The notes beneath the pieces are model-generated. The model was not told where the DNA came from and made no database searches. It saw only the letters and a program-made list of their open reading frames with translations. Positions 17,861 to 28,189 of a DNA stretch of 46,928 bases are shown here, piece by piece (the stretch's first letter is position 1; each line of letters opens with the position of its first letter). This DNA comes from Leptospiraceae bacterium. GTDB taxonomy: Bacteria > Spirochaetota > Leptospiria > Leptospirales > Leptonemataceae. The stretch is from the NCBI GenBank assembly GCA_020441005.1, contig JAGRNA010000010.1, forward strand, positions 1 to 46,928, read 5' to 3'. A program made the position numbers and the translations under genes.

Positions 17861-17953
17861 AAGCGCCCGCTATATTGCCACGCTTGCTGCGGCAGGCTGA
17901 GCAATACTGCCGCTTTTGTCAATTAGATGATTTCTTTCACTATATGTAAGTGA

Positions 17954-18946
17954 TTATACCGGCCGGCCACCATTCAAATAGGCGTACAGCCGCGGTTGCG
18001 AGTTGCTGGATCCTTGCGATCGATAGCTCTGCAACTCAATTCCGCTTAAATAGTGCTCATTTAAAAAATGACCATAGCGGTCATCCAGAAAAATCCGACC
18101 GTCAATTTGTATATCACCGCGTGCCACAGCTCGCCAGGCGATTACTCCCAGGCGGGCGACCAGATCCTTTTGATTGGCAAAATGCTCCAGCCAGGGCTGC
18201 TGATTGGCTGCAAATCCTGATCCGGCCTGCATACGGTCGGCGGGATTGCCAAAGGTATAACATTCCAGCCGCTGCAGGGGCAGAGAGCCCTCTGACTGCA
18301 AGGCGTGTAGTACCCGTGCCAGGATGACCGCTCCTTGCGAATGAGCCAGGACAATGATCCGCTGGATGCGCTCATTCTGTAATTCCCGGCGCAGCTGCTC
18401 GTACAACCGCTGACCGCTGCTACTCATGGTATGAAAACCCTTTTGCAGAGTCACTGCCAAAAGATCCGGCAAAATTGCACCGGTCGGATTGGCGACGACG
18501 GTGAGCGGGCGCCGAAACAGGCTGGCAATGTAATGGCCGCTTTGCAGGGCCAGGTCTTGATCGTTGGCAACCCCGTTCACAAAAAACCAGGCTTCGTCCT
18601 GATAATCCGGATCGCCGGGAACAAACAGGAAATCCGGGCTATCCAGATAGCCCGCCATATTGTTTATATTCTTTAGTTTTCGTTTCAGGCCAAAGGGCAA
18701 TAAAAAGGCCTCCAACAGATACGAGAGCAACCGGCGCAGACCGGCCCAGCTGTGGATATGCAGCATATTGATCTCGGAGTACATACCGGCGGGATGGCGC
18801 AAGTCACGAAACAGGCCGATAATCGCGCGCAGATTGTCTGTCGGCCACCAGAACAGGGCCTCGCGGAGGACACGCACCAGATGCGTGATCGTGTGAGCCG
18901 CCAATACAATCGGTTCCAGACCGTTGGAGCGTTGCTTGCGTGCCAT
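17954..18946 (-). CDS. Alpha/beta-hydrolase fold protein, putative lipase/esterase (GXSXG = AHSQG)
   Basis: RIIVLAHSQGAVIL nucleophile elbow. 15-nt gap downstream of the LeuA/CimA-family gene on the same strand. Confidence 0.55.
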   Translation of the reverse strand: MARKQRSNGLEPIVLAAHTITHLVRVLREALFWWPTDNLRAIIGLFRDLRHPAGMYSEINMLHIHSWAGLRRLLSYLLEAFLLPFGLKRKLKNINNMAGYLDSPDFLFVPGDPDYQDEAWFFVNGVANDQDLALQSGHYIASLFRRPLTVVANPTGAILPDLLAVTLQKGFHTMSSSGQRLYEQLRRELQNERIQRIIVLAHSQGAVILARVLHALQSEGSLPLQRLECYTFGNPADRMQAGSGFAANQQPWLEHFANQKDLVARLGVIAWRAVARGDIQIDGRIFLDDRYGHFLNEHYLSGIELQSYRSQGSSNSQPRLYAYLNGGRPV

Positions 18947-18961
18947 ACCCGGAGGATGCGC

Positions 18962-20596
18962 CTAGTCCTGGCCCAGAGTCAAGTCGGCCATCACGAGAGC
19001 GTTCAGCATTTTCTCTGTGGCCCGGATCGCGGCAATGTTTTGATCAGGAGAAAGGCCGATTGTACGCATTGTGCGTCCCTCGCGGATAAAAGCTTCCATG
19101 CCCACTGAATTTGATTCGAGGGACCGGGAGGACAGCTTGCCCGCGCTCGATGTTTCGGCGTTTTTTGGCCTGTTCTCGAATTCCCACAAGATGATCGCCT
19201 CGACCAGGGCGTCGGTCTTGCCGCCCGGCGGTATACGGACCTCGTAATCCAGCAAACGCGGTAAAACCAGCCCCATGTCCGGCGCAATTTTTTTCAGAGC
19301 GTTCATAAAGGCGTCGTAACCGCCATCACCCTCGCTGCGGCTGTGCCAGGTCTGATCACGATAACGAACTTCTATATCTGCGTGAGGCCGCATATGCAGT
19401 CCGGTCGTCAGCCGGGCCGCGCTGATTTCAATCTGGCGGGCATTGCCGGCGCCAAACATGTCCTGGATCAAAAAAGGCAGGTCGTCGGCGGTCACATTTT
19501 TCTTTTTTTCGCCCAATTCCTTGACCCGGTCCAGCAGAGCCTGCTCGCGTTCGACCGAAAGCTGCAAGCCCATCATGCGCAAGTTGTTTGTGACCGAGGC
19601 CTTGCCAGCCAGCTTCCCGAGGGCGTACACCCGTTTACGACCAAAGCGCTCGGGCAGGATGGGATTGGCATATAGATTATTCTTTTTGTCGCCATCAGCA
19701 TGAATACCGGCGGTTTGGGTGTAAACATCCTGCCCCACAATGGGGCGATTCGATTGAATGCGTTTGCCGCTAAAGGTTTCGACCAGCCGGGACGCGCCCA
19801 TGATTGCCTTCTCTTTGATGCGTGTTTTCACTTTCAACTTGTCGTGCAAGGCCGTAACAACCGCTTCTAACGGGGAGTTTCCCGCCCGCTCTCCCAGACC
19901 ATTAACAGCCACGTGCAGACCGCTCACTCCAGCCCTGACAGCGCTCAGGCAATTGGCCACAGCCAGACCATAATCGTTATGCCCATGAAATTCAAGCGCC
20001 ACTCCGCCGGCGTAATCCACAGCGTCACTGATGCCGGCGTAGCATTCCTCCGGCGACAGAATGCCCAGCGTATCTGGTAAAAACAGGCGTCGGATACCGA
20101 GGCCGGCCACCGCTGTGATCAACTCGCGCACATAGGCCCGCGAATTCAGGTAGCCGTTAGACCAGTCCTCGAGATACACATTCACCGTCATCTCCTGGTC
20201 ACGGGCATAGGCCACGGTTTGTTCGATGTCGCGCAAATGCTCCGTCAGATTCTTGCCTAATTGTTCGCGGCAGTGTTTCTCGGAGCCCTTGGTCAAGAGG
20301 TTGATCACCCGCCCGCCGCAGGATTGAATCCAGTCGACAGAAGCCCGATGGTCAGTAAAGCCGAGCATTTCGATACGCTCTGCCATTGTTGCGGAGCGGG
20401 CCCACTCCAGCACCTCGGTGATCGATTGCCGCTCGCCTTCAGACACGCGCGCGCTTGCAATTTCAATGCGATCGACATGCAAATGCTCGAGCAGGTAGCG
20501 CGCAATATGCATTTTTTCAAAGACAGAAAAGCTGACTCCATCCGTTTGTTCACCATCCCGCAGCGTGGTATCCATGATCTCGATTGATGTCTGCAT
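18962..20596 (-). CDS. 2-isopropylmalate synthase / (R)-citramalate synthase family enzyme (LeuA/CimA)
   Basis: MQTSIEIMDTTLRDGEQTDGVSFSVFEKMHIARYLLE...EFHGHNDYGLAVAN... gives the HMGL-like TIM barrel with DTTLRDGEQ and HxH motifs, plus a C-terminal LeuA-dimer/regulatory domain. Start trimmed from ORF-track 20788 to the ATG at 20596 preceding the conserved N-terminus. CimA versus LeuA cannot be decided by eye. Confidence 0.8.
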   Translation of the reverse strand: MQTSIEIMDTTLRDGEQTDGVSFSVFEKMHIARYLLEHLHVDRIEIASARVSEGERQSITEVLEWARSATMAERIEMLGFTDHRASVDWIQSCGGRVINLLTKGSEKHCREQLGKNLTEHLRDIEQTVAYARDQEMTVNVYLEDWSNGYLNSRAYVRELITAVAGLGIRRLFLPDTLGILSPEECYAGISDAVDYAGGVALEFHGHNDYGLAVANCLSAVRAGVSGLHVAVNGLGERAGNSPLEAVVTALHDKLKVKTRIKEKAIMGASRLVETFSGKRIQSNRPIVGQDVYTQTAGIHADGDKKNNLYANPILPERFGRKRVYALGKLAGKASVTNNLRMMGLQLSVEREQALLDRVKELGEKKKNVTADDLPFLIQDMFGAGNARQIEISAARLTTGLHMRPHADIEVRYRDQTWHSRSEGDGGYDAFMNALKKIAPDMGLVLPRLLDYEVRIPPGGKTDALVEAIILWEFENRPKNAETSSAGKLSSRSLESNSVGMEAFIREGRTMRTIGLSPDQNIAAIRATEKMLNALVMADLTLGQD

Positions 20597-20725
20597 AGTC
20601 CCGGGGTTTCGAAGACAGTCCCTCAATGCGGCTGTGCTCGTAAAATAAAAAACAATTTTGAATTGCTGAAAAGCCGGTGATGCCCACCGTGTTCGTGCTA
20701 CGCGCCCAGGCGCGTCTATGGATCC

Positions 20726-22513
20726 ATGCCGGCCCCGGAAATTGACCATCACTTCCAAATTCGAGAAGAGAATATTGAGACCTTGCATTTTTTATTAAAT
20801 GCGATTAGCGATGGTCTCGTTTGGCTGGATGCCGACCGTAAAATCCGGCATGTCAATCCCCAGGCGCGGCGCATGTTGGGTCATAACCTGGCAGATGCAA
20901 GCAGCAGCGCCTTCGCAGAAATTCTGGCAGAAACCGGCGCCAATTTTCGTATTCTGGACGATCTGTTTGCCGGGGAGCTAATCGTCACCGATCGTTTTGT
21001 GTTGCAGCACAAGAATGGGCAACAACGGCAGTTTATCCTGACAGCCATTCCGGTCACACGCAACGCGAAAATCAACGGCGCCATCCTGGTCTTTCGCGAT
21101 ATCAGCCTCGGCTTGCTCAATGGTTTGCCCATCGATCAACGCGAAAACCTGATTCATGAAATCTTCGGCACTATCCCGGCAGCGTTTATATTGCAAAATG
21201 ACAAGGGGATCATCCTGCGATTAAATCATGCCGCCGCCGCTCTTTTCGGTCGCGGCATTGACGAGCTTCTGGGCCGCCAGCTGGACGCACCCATTTTCGC
21301 TGCCCGGGATCAGAGCGGTCAGATGATTGAATTTGAAAACCTGCCTTTTCAGCGTGTACTGCGCGGCAGTGTGCGCTCCAGCGAAGAGCTGATTCGTTTT
21401 GCTGACCCACAGTCCGTTTATCTGATGCACTCCAGAATCATTGAGGACCCCGACAGGCAGCAGGGAGCCAGTCGCTGGATTTTTACCACCATTGCAGCCC
21501 TTGACCACAAAACGCCCCAGCCTTTTTACGAATCCTTGCGCTTTAATCATACCGTGAATCATATTTTGACCGATCTGCTGAGCGCAGAGAGCCAGGAGGC
21601 CATCACAGAAAAGGCCCTGGCTGGTGTAGCAACAATGATTCCAGCGGACCTGGCAATCCTGCATTGCTTCGGTACTGCGGAGCAAGATGCCCAAACGTGG
21701 ACGCACCAGCAAAATCAAAGTCCCGGTCCGGCAAAACCCGTGCCGGTCGCCGCTGATCTGACAAACATGCTTGCAACACAAAAGGACCTGGATCAAAGCC
21801 GGTTATGGGCCAGCGACCAACCAGACCTGTGGGTGCCCGGTTGGCCGCCCTGCCATGTGCTATATGCGCCCCTGTTTCAGGACCAAAACCAGGCCAGCGG
21901 TTATTTGCTTTTACTCGCCCGGGAACGCTATCAGACCCGTGATCTGGAACGATCGGCAACGGCTGTGGCAGTCCTCAGCGCCGCCCTCCATAAACGTGAA
22001 TATCATGAGCGTCTGACCAAACTGGCCATGACCGATTCACTTACCGGTCTGCACAATCGTTATGCCATGACCACCATCCTGGACCAGGAAATCGGACGCG
22101 CCAGACGATACACACATCCATTGAGCGCCTTGCTGCTTGATCTGGATCACTTTAAAGCAATCAATGATACCCATGGCCACCTGGCGGGCGATGCGGTGCT
22201 CGTGGAAGTGGCTGCGCGCATGAGACTGCTAATCCGTAAAACGGACGCGCTGGCCCGCATTGGTGGCGAGGAATTCCTGGTATTGCTGCCCGAATCCAGT
22301 CTAGCCGGGGCCGCCATTGTAGCCGAAAAAATCCGGGCGGCTGTCGCTGAACAGCCCATCCCTTACGAGGACAGCGGCATCCCGGTTACTCTGTCGATCG
22401 GGGTCGGCCGTCTGCATCCCGGGGAGGATAAAGACAGCCTGTTAAAACGACTGGACGCCCTGCTTTACAAATCCAAACAAGCCGGTCGGAATCGGGCCAC
22501 CCTGGAAGAATAA
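20726..22513 (+). CDS. PAS/GAF-domain diguanylate cyclase (GGDEF with intact GGEEF active site and RxxD I-site)
   Basis: N-terminal PAS (AISDGLVWLDADRKIRHVNPQARRMLG), middle sensory region, and C-terminal LTGLHNRYAM...RKTDALARIGGEEFLVLLPE. Confidence 0.8.
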   Translation: MPAPEIDHHFQIREENIETLHFLLNAISDGLVWLDADRKIRHVNPQARRMLGHNLADASSSAFAEILAETGANFRILDDLFAGELIVTDRFVLQHKNGQQRQFILTAIPVTRNAKINGAILVFRDISLGLLNGLPIDQRENLIHEIFGTIPAAFILQNDKGIILRLNHAAAALFGRGIDELLGRQLDAPIFAARDQSGQMIEFENLPFQRVLRGSVRSSEELIRFADPQSVYLMHSRIIEDPDRQQGASRWIFTTIAALDHKTPQPFYESLRFNHTVNHILTDLLSAESQEAITEKALAGVATMIPADLAILHCFGTAEQDAQTWTHQQNQSPGPAKPVPVAADLTNMLATQKDLDQSRLWASDQPDLWVPGWPPCHVLYAPLFQDQNQASGYLLLLARERYQTRDLERSATAVAVLSAALHKREYHERLTKLAMTDSLTGLHNRYAMTTILDQEIGRARRYTHPLSALLLDLDHFKAINDTHGHLAGDAVLVEVAARMRLLIRKTDALARIGGEEFLVLLPESSLAGAAIVAEKIRAAVAEQPIPYEDSGIPVTLSIGVGRLHPGEDKDSLLKRLDALLYKSKQAGRNRATLEE

Positions 22514-22557
22514 ATGCGAATGCGGACAAGGCCTCTACAGCACCGGGAGCACAGCGC

Positions 22558-24960
22558 ATGATACCCACCCCGGGACGCGGCGGTTGGTATGGCAGCCTGG
22601 TATTATGCTGCGCATTGACTGGCTGCTGGTCAGATTTGCAAGGACCCACGCTTTCCCTGAATCGCGATTGGCGCCTGCGGCCCGGCTTCCATGCGGACTG
22701 GTTACGGTACGGATTACCTAAGGATGCGGACACGAGTACCGTTTTCCTGCCCGGTCGCTTTCGCCATGATCAGGCCCGCACCCAGGATGGCCAGGAGACC
22801 CTGACTCTGCAGCTGGAACTATCGGGCAGCGAACTGCAAGGCAGTCTGGCCAAAGATCAGCAATTCAGCGTTTTCTGGGGACTGGTGGCAGAACAAATTG
22901 AGCTCTTTGTCAACCAGACCAGCTGCGCGGTGGCCAGCAAAGCACCGCCGGACCGATTGGTGCGCTCTCGGCACATCCTGAGCGTTTGTCCAGTCGGAAT
23001 GGCCATAGAGTCGGACCAGGTTGTGCGCCTGACGGCTGTGCTGCGGTCCCACCCCGAGCAGCCCTTCTATATTTTTGGGCCCTGGATCCAGGCGGGCAGT
23101 GCCGCCACCATACTGAAGCGTAATTATTATAATCAGCTGCTTTTTTTTGCCATCATTACCGTGTTTGCCAGTTTGAGCGGCTTTCTATTGTTAATTGCTG
23201 CCCTGCGACCAGCGGAAAAAGACTTCCTGTACTTTGGCCTGTTTTTGGGTAGCCTCATCTTCCATTATTTTTGTTCGCACTTCAATTATGAGCGCGACCT
23301 GTTTTTCCAGGATCAGTATGTTCTGCGGGACTTCCTGTACTATGGTTCTATGTACGTCAGTCTGTTTTTATTCGTGGTCAACACGACCCATCTGGTCCTG
23401 AAACGAATTAGCCGCTGGATCTGGTATTTTGGTTACTGGATCCTGTTCATTGGAACTTTACGTACAATGACCGCCTTTTGGTCGCGTGATATCAGCACTG
23501 CAATCATGGCCTATACCAATCCCTTTTGGTTTTTGAGCCTGTTTTTGGCCTTCTTTGGCGTTATCCGCCTATTGCTGGGCGCCTGGCGCTCGCACTCCAG
23601 CGAGCTTTGGCCGCTGGGGATTGGTATCGGTGCGATGCTATTGACCGGCCTATATGACATGCTGGCAGCAGTTTTCTGGTTTGGGCATGATCTTTCGCTG
23701 ACCCGCATCAGTTTGATCCTGCTAGTGCTTTCCGAGGTGATTGTCCTGGCCCGCCGCTTCACTGCGGCACGGGATGCATCGGAACACATGAATTATCAGC
23801 TTAACACCGAAGTCAAACACCGCATCATGCAACTGGAGGCAACCCTCAGCCAGGTCCAGGCCTTAAAAGACCGCCAGGACTGCGACTACTATCTAACATC
23901 CCTGATCACAAAACCGCTCAACTGGATCCAGAACGACGATCGGCGCTGCGTGGTGACGAGCACCTTGCGCCAATTCAAGCGCTTTGCCTATCTGAAATGG
24001 AAAGAAGAATTGGGCGGCGATCTGTTAATCAGCGCGCCGATTGAGCTGCAGCAACGGGTTTACCAGGTTGCCCTGAGCGCGGATGCGATGGGCAAATCCA
24101 TGCAAGGAGCCGGCGGCGCCATCGTCATCGGCGCGGTCTTTCGAGCCCGGTTGGCGAATACGCGCATCGATTATCGCTTCGCCCACCAGGAACCGGAAGC
24201 CTGGCTACACCAGGCCTACCTGGAGCTCCAATCCGTATTTCAGAGTTTTGAAGGCAATATGATGGCCACCCTTAGCCTGATGCTGCTGGATCTGAGCGCC
24301 GGTGATTGCTTCTGGATCAATTGCCAGCATCCGGCCATTGTGCTGTACCGCCGAAACCGGGCCTCCAATTTCAGATCGGCAGAGGCAGAATTGCTGCAAC
24401 TGGGTCTGCCATTGCAACAAAACCACTCTCGTTTCGTGAACTATGCTCGCATGCAACCCGGCGACCGTCTGATCCTTGGTTCGGACGGACGCGAAAATAT
24501 CGAGCTGCAACGGCCGTACCAGGCCACGGTAATGAACAACGAAGAAAGCCTCTTTTTTCAGGCCGTCGAAGAGGGACAGGGTGAAGCCGAAGCCATCTAC
24601 CAGGCCCTGCTAACGCTGGGCAGCCTGACCGACGATATTTCCCTGCTCTCCATACTGTGGCACGGCCCGGGTCCCCGGCAATCGCCAGTTCCGGATTCCC
24701 GGATACAGCGTCGCCAGATGGAAGCGGCCCGATCAGCATTACGCCAGGGCGAACACGAACGGGTTAGCGCCATACTGACCGAAGCCCTGCACAGTGACCC
24801 GCATAATCTGGTGCTGCTATATCACCTGGCGCTCAATCTGGCTCGCTCGGGCGATCAGGCGCGGTGCGCTGATATTCTACAGCGCCTGCGGCTGCGCGCC
24901 GAAATGCCCACCCGACGCCTGGAGCGCCTGATCCACATCTGGGAAAAGAGTCCCTGCTGA
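22558..24960 (+). CDS. 7TM-DISM-type receptor (extracellular DISMED2-like domain + 7 TM) fused to PP2C/SpoIIE-like Ser/Thr phosphatase domain and C-terminal helical/TPR-like tail
   Basis: Lipobox-like N-terminus (ALTGCWSD). About 170-aa extracytoplasmic domain. Seven hydrophobic helices (aa about 190-400). Then ...LISAPIELQQRVYQVALSADAMGKSMQGAGGAIVIGAV...LILGSDG..., resembling RsbU/SpoIIE PP2C motifs. Confidence 0.7.
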   Translation: MIPTPGRGGWYGSLVLCCALTGCWSDLQGPTLSLNRDWRLRPGFHADWLRYGLPKDADTSTVFLPGRFRHDQARTQDGQETLTLQLELSGSELQGSLAKDQQFSVFWGLVAEQIELFVNQTSCAVASKAPPDRLVRSRHILSVCPVGMAIESDQVVRLTAVLRSHPEQPFYIFGPWIQAGSAATILKRNYYNQLLFFAIITVFASLSGFLLLIAALRPAEKDFLYFGLFLGSLIFHYFCSHFNYERDLFFQDQYVLRDFLYYGSMYVSLFLFVVNTTHLVLKRISRWIWYFGYWILFIGTLRTMTAFWSRDISTAIMAYTNPFWFLSLFLAFFGVIRLLLGAWRSHSSELWPLGIGIGAMLLTGLYDMLAAVFWFGHDLSLTRISLILLVLSEVIVLARRFTAARDASEHMNYQLNTEVKHRIMQLEATLSQVQALKDRQDCDYYLTSLITKPLNWIQNDDRRCVVTSTLRQFKRFAYLKWKEELGGDLLISAPIELQQRVYQVALSADAMGKSMQGAGGAIVIGAVFRARLANTRIDYRFAHQEPEAWLHQAYLELQSVFQSFEGNMMATLSLMLLDLSAGDCFWINCQHPAIVLYRRNRASNFRSAEAELLQLGLPLQQNHSRFVNYARMQPGDRLILGSDGRENIELQRPYQATVMNNEESLFFQAVEEGQGEAEAIYQALLTLGSLTDDISLLSILWHGPGPRQSPVPDSRIQRRQMEAARSALRQGEHERVSAILTEALHSDPHNLVLLYHLALNLARSGDQARCADILQRLRLRAEMPTRRLERLIHIWEKSPC

Positions 24961-25044
24961 ATCACACCCATCTTTTTTTACAATCGAACTAAAAAACACT
25001 TACAGCGACACCAGTCAGCCAAAAAGTGGGTTTGAGGGTTGTAA

Positions 25045-26226
25045 ATGTCAATCTATGATCAAGCCTTCCCGCATTACCAGCCGATTATTGCGCTGTCCGA
25101 TTCCAGAATATACGGCTATGAAGTGCTGGGTCGCTACATTGATCCCACGGGTCAGGTGCAAAGCCTGGGTTCGTTCTTCATCGACCCGGCCCTCTCGGAA
25201 CTGGAAAAAATTCGTATCGATCGCAACATCCGCTCCCAGGCCCTGAAGCGTCTGCAGCGCGAAACCAACAAATTGATCTTTTTCAATTTAAATCCGCTTT
25301 GGATGCTAAAAAACCTGCGTGAGGGAGTGCATCCCGTGCTGTTGGAAGATCTGCGGCAGCGCAAGATCAAGGGCGAACGGATTGTAATTGAAATCGCAGA
25401 GACGATTATCAAGGAGCATATCAACGAACTAAAACCGATTGTCAAGCTGTACCGCAACTACGGCTGCAAGATTGCCATCGATGATTTTACTTTCAGCGAT
25501 TTTGACCGATTGATCCACTTCAAGCCGGACATTGTCAAAATGAGCATGCATTTGCTGCGCATGAGTCGCGACAGCTATGAATACTTCCGTTTAATCGAAA
25601 CCGTCTCGCGCTTTTCCCAGGAGCTGGGTATGCATGTGCTGTTCGAGGGCGTGGAAGATGAATCCGACCTGGCAAAGGTAGTCGAAGCCGGTGGCGGACT
25701 CGTCCAGGGCTATTTGTTCAGCCGGGGGGATGCAGATTTTCAGGACGATCAGGAATTCCGGCCCCTGGTTTCAAAAGCGCTGCAGTCAGTTATGGACCAG
25801 CGGTTTGCGATCCAGCAGGATTTGATCGACTTGCATGAGCATCTGCAAACCCAGGCCGCTGGTTTTACGCTAGCCAGCGATGATGAAGATCTAATGGATC
25901 AGACTCTTGGTCAATGGGCGCGTCAGCTTGGTCCGGGAGTCTTGCGACTGTATGCCTGCCGCAGCAATGGCATCCAGATCAGCTCCAACATCATGATTAG
26001 CGAGACGAAAGAAATCAGCTCGGACAGCAGTTACCGCGACTTCAACTGGGCCTGGCGCCCCTTTTTCGTCCACAATATGGCCGCTATGCGCAAAACAGGA
26101 ACGGGTGTGATTTCCGATCCCTACATTGATCATCACACCCGCCTGCAAATTGCCACCTTCTCCTTTCCGGCCGGTGACAATGTCTTCGTTTTTCTGGACT
26201 ATCAGCTCGCCGCGCCCAGTGCTTGA
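25045..26226 (+). CDS. EAL-domain protein (putative c-di-GMP phosphodiesterase) with uncharacterised about 140-aa C-terminal domain
   Basis: QPIIALSDSRIYGYEVLGR (EVL variant of EAL), NLNP-type loop, EGVEDE, and QGYLFSRG. The DDFGTG motif is degenerate (IDDFTFSDF). Confidence 0.7.
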   Translation: MSIYDQAFPHYQPIIALSDSRIYGYEVLGRYIDPTGQVQSLGSFFIDPALSELEKIRIDRNIRSQALKRLQRETNKLIFFNLNPLWMLKNLREGVHPVLLEDLRQRKIKGERIVIEIAETIIKEHINELKPIVKLYRNYGCKIAIDDFTFSDFDRLIHFKPDIVKMSMHLLRMSRDSYEYFRLIETVSRFSQELGMHVLFEGVEDESDLAKVVEAGGGLVQGYLFSRGDADFQDDQEFRPLVSKALQSVMDQRFAIQQDLIDLHEHLQTQAAGFTLASDDEDLMDQTLGQWARQLGPGVLRLYACRSNGIQISSNIMISETKEISSDSSYRDFNWAWRPFFVHNMAAMRKTGTGVISDPYIDHHTRLQIATFSFPAGDNVFVFLDYQLAAPSA

Positions 26227-27848
26227 GCGAGCAGGTCCCGGGCGCAAACGCGCAGGGCCATCACCTCTTCGGCTCCTTCAAAAATCGAGAAGACCCGGGC
26301 GTCCACGTAGTAGCGCGACACGGCATATTCTTCGGCATAGCCCATGCCGCCGTGCAGCTGCATGGCTTCGCGGGTAACCCACTCGGCAATCTTGGAGGCA
26401 TAGAATTTGATCAAGGTCGCTTCCATGGCGCCCTGGCCTTGATCCATCAAGCGAGCGACATGCGCCGAGAACTGGCGCGAGGCCTGAATAATCATCGCCA
26501 TGCGCGCCACTTTCCAGAGTGAAATCTGGTACTTACCAATTTCTTTCCCAAATACCTTGCGCTCGTTGCAGTAGCGCACAGCGGCTTCCAAAGCGGCCTG
26601 CATCACACCATTGGCCCGCGCAGCCGTTTGAATCCGACCGCCGGCAAAGCCAGCCATTTGCAGATAAAAACCCTTGCCGCGGCCTTCTTCGCCACCAATC
26701 AGGTTTTCATCCGGGACAAAATAATTATCAAAACTGACCTCATAGCTGTGCATGCCCCGATAACCGATCGTGGGGATGGCTGATCCTTCCATTTTGCCGC
26801 CCCCGGACTGCGTATGCTCGAATTTGTGCTCCTTGCTGCGCGGTTTTTCAGCCAACAGGATCGACAGGCCCTTATGCTTGAGCCCCGGATCTTTTTCCGT
26901 GCGGGCCAGAACCAGGAGCACGTCGGCATAACCGGCAAAAGTACACCATGTCTTGACACCGTTAATCACCCAGCCGCCGTCTACCTTGTCTGCAGTGACC
27001 GACATACCAGCCACATCGCTGCCATAGTTGGGTTCGGTCACCGCAACGGCGTTGAAAACCTCGCCCGTAGCCAGTTTGGGCAGCCATTTTTGCTTTTGCT
27101 CGGGCGTGCCGCCCTTGATAATCGCCTTGCTTAAAATTTCCGGACGCGTAATCAGTGATCCCGCTGTCGCCAGACTGCCGCGCGACAGCTCTTCGGTCAC
27201 AACCATCATACCGACATTGCCATAGGCGTCCATGTAGCCCTCATACTCGCCGGGAATGGATAGCCCGAATGCTCCCAGCTCGGCCAGGCCGCTCAAAAAA
27301 TCGTCCGGGATAATATCATCTGTGCGGTGAATGTGCTCCGCCTTGGGAATCACCTTGTCCTCGGCAAATTGACGAAAGGTATCGCGCAGCATTACCTGGT
27401 CTTCATCCAGAGACAGGGCCCCGAAATTACCCTCCAGCGCCGCCTGACCCACTCGATTATAGCGCTCATAGCCGGTCGCCTCCTGGATCATGGCATTGAT
27501 TGCCGGCGTAAAGATTTCGCTTTGGGTTTGCGGGCTGACACCGTATTCGGCGGGCTTGCCAGCAACCTCGGAGCGCAACCGGTTCAGGGTCTCGCCGGCA
27601 AAGAGAAAGGCCATATCCTGTTCCAGTTCCCCCGTACCGCGGGCGCTATCGAAGGCATAGGTAGCCAGGTTTTCCGAAACCCGGACTTCAGCCGTGTACC
27701 ATGCCAGATTGTAATGCGCGGTCTGATTTTCATCCATCTTGCCAACGGAAATGCGGCCATTTTCATTGGCCTGGCCCGCCAAATATGTCGTCACTTCATT
27801 CAAGATGCGCGCGGAAAGCTGATTCAATTGACTTATTTTTGATTGCAT
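26202..27848 (-). CDS. Acyl-CoA dehydrogenase family protein (548 aa, long form with N-terminal extension)
   Basis: ACAD middle and C-terminal domains are clearly recognisable. The 3' end overlaps the convergent EAL gene by 25 nt. Confidence 0.75.
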   Translation of the reverse strand: MQSKISQLNQLSARILNEVTTYLAGQANENGRISVGKMDENQTAHYNLAWYTAEVRVSENLATYAFDSARGTGELEQDMAFLFAGETLNRLRSEVAGKPAEYGVSPQTQSEIFTPAINAMIQEATGYERYNRVGQAALEGNFGALSLDEDQVMLRDTFRQFAEDKVIPKAEHIHRTDDIIPDDFLSGLAELGAFGLSIPGEYEGYMDAYGNVGMMVVTEELSRGSLATAGSLITRPEILSKAIIKGGTPEQKQKWLPKLATGEVFNAVAVTEPNYGSDVAGMSVTADKVDGGWVINGVKTWCTFAGYADVLLVLARTEKDPGLKHKGLSILLAEKPRSKEHKFEHTQSGGGKMEGSAIPTIGYRGMHSYEVSFDNYFVPDENLIGGEEGRGKGFYLQMAGFAGGRIQTAARANGVMQAALEAAVRYCNERKVFGKEIGKYQISLWKVARMAMIIQASRQFSAHVARLMDQGQGAMEATLIKFYASKIAEWVTREAMQLHGGMGYAEEYAVSRYYVDARVFSIFEGAEEVMALRVCARDLLAQALGAAS

Positions 27849-28189
27849 GACTCCAAAAACTCAAACACGGCATGCCTGACTACCCAAAAAAACCCTGTTC
27901 CCATATGGATAGATTGGCAGGCTGATTTTTTTCAATCTCAATAACATACTATTTTGACCGCTATCCGCGATGGGCGCGTATTCTGCGGGCTGACATCGGC
28001 AGCCTGGAGCGTGTTCCGGCGAATGTCCGGTTTGCATAGCCATCCAGGGCCGACCCGAGCCCCTTGTGTTCTTTCCCTTTGCATCATATCGGCCAGAACG
28101 ATGACAATCCATCGCTGCCGAATCAGAAACCGGCCGACGATCGAAAAATTAGCGATTGTCAAGCTGGATCTAACTGACAGGTCTGCAGA

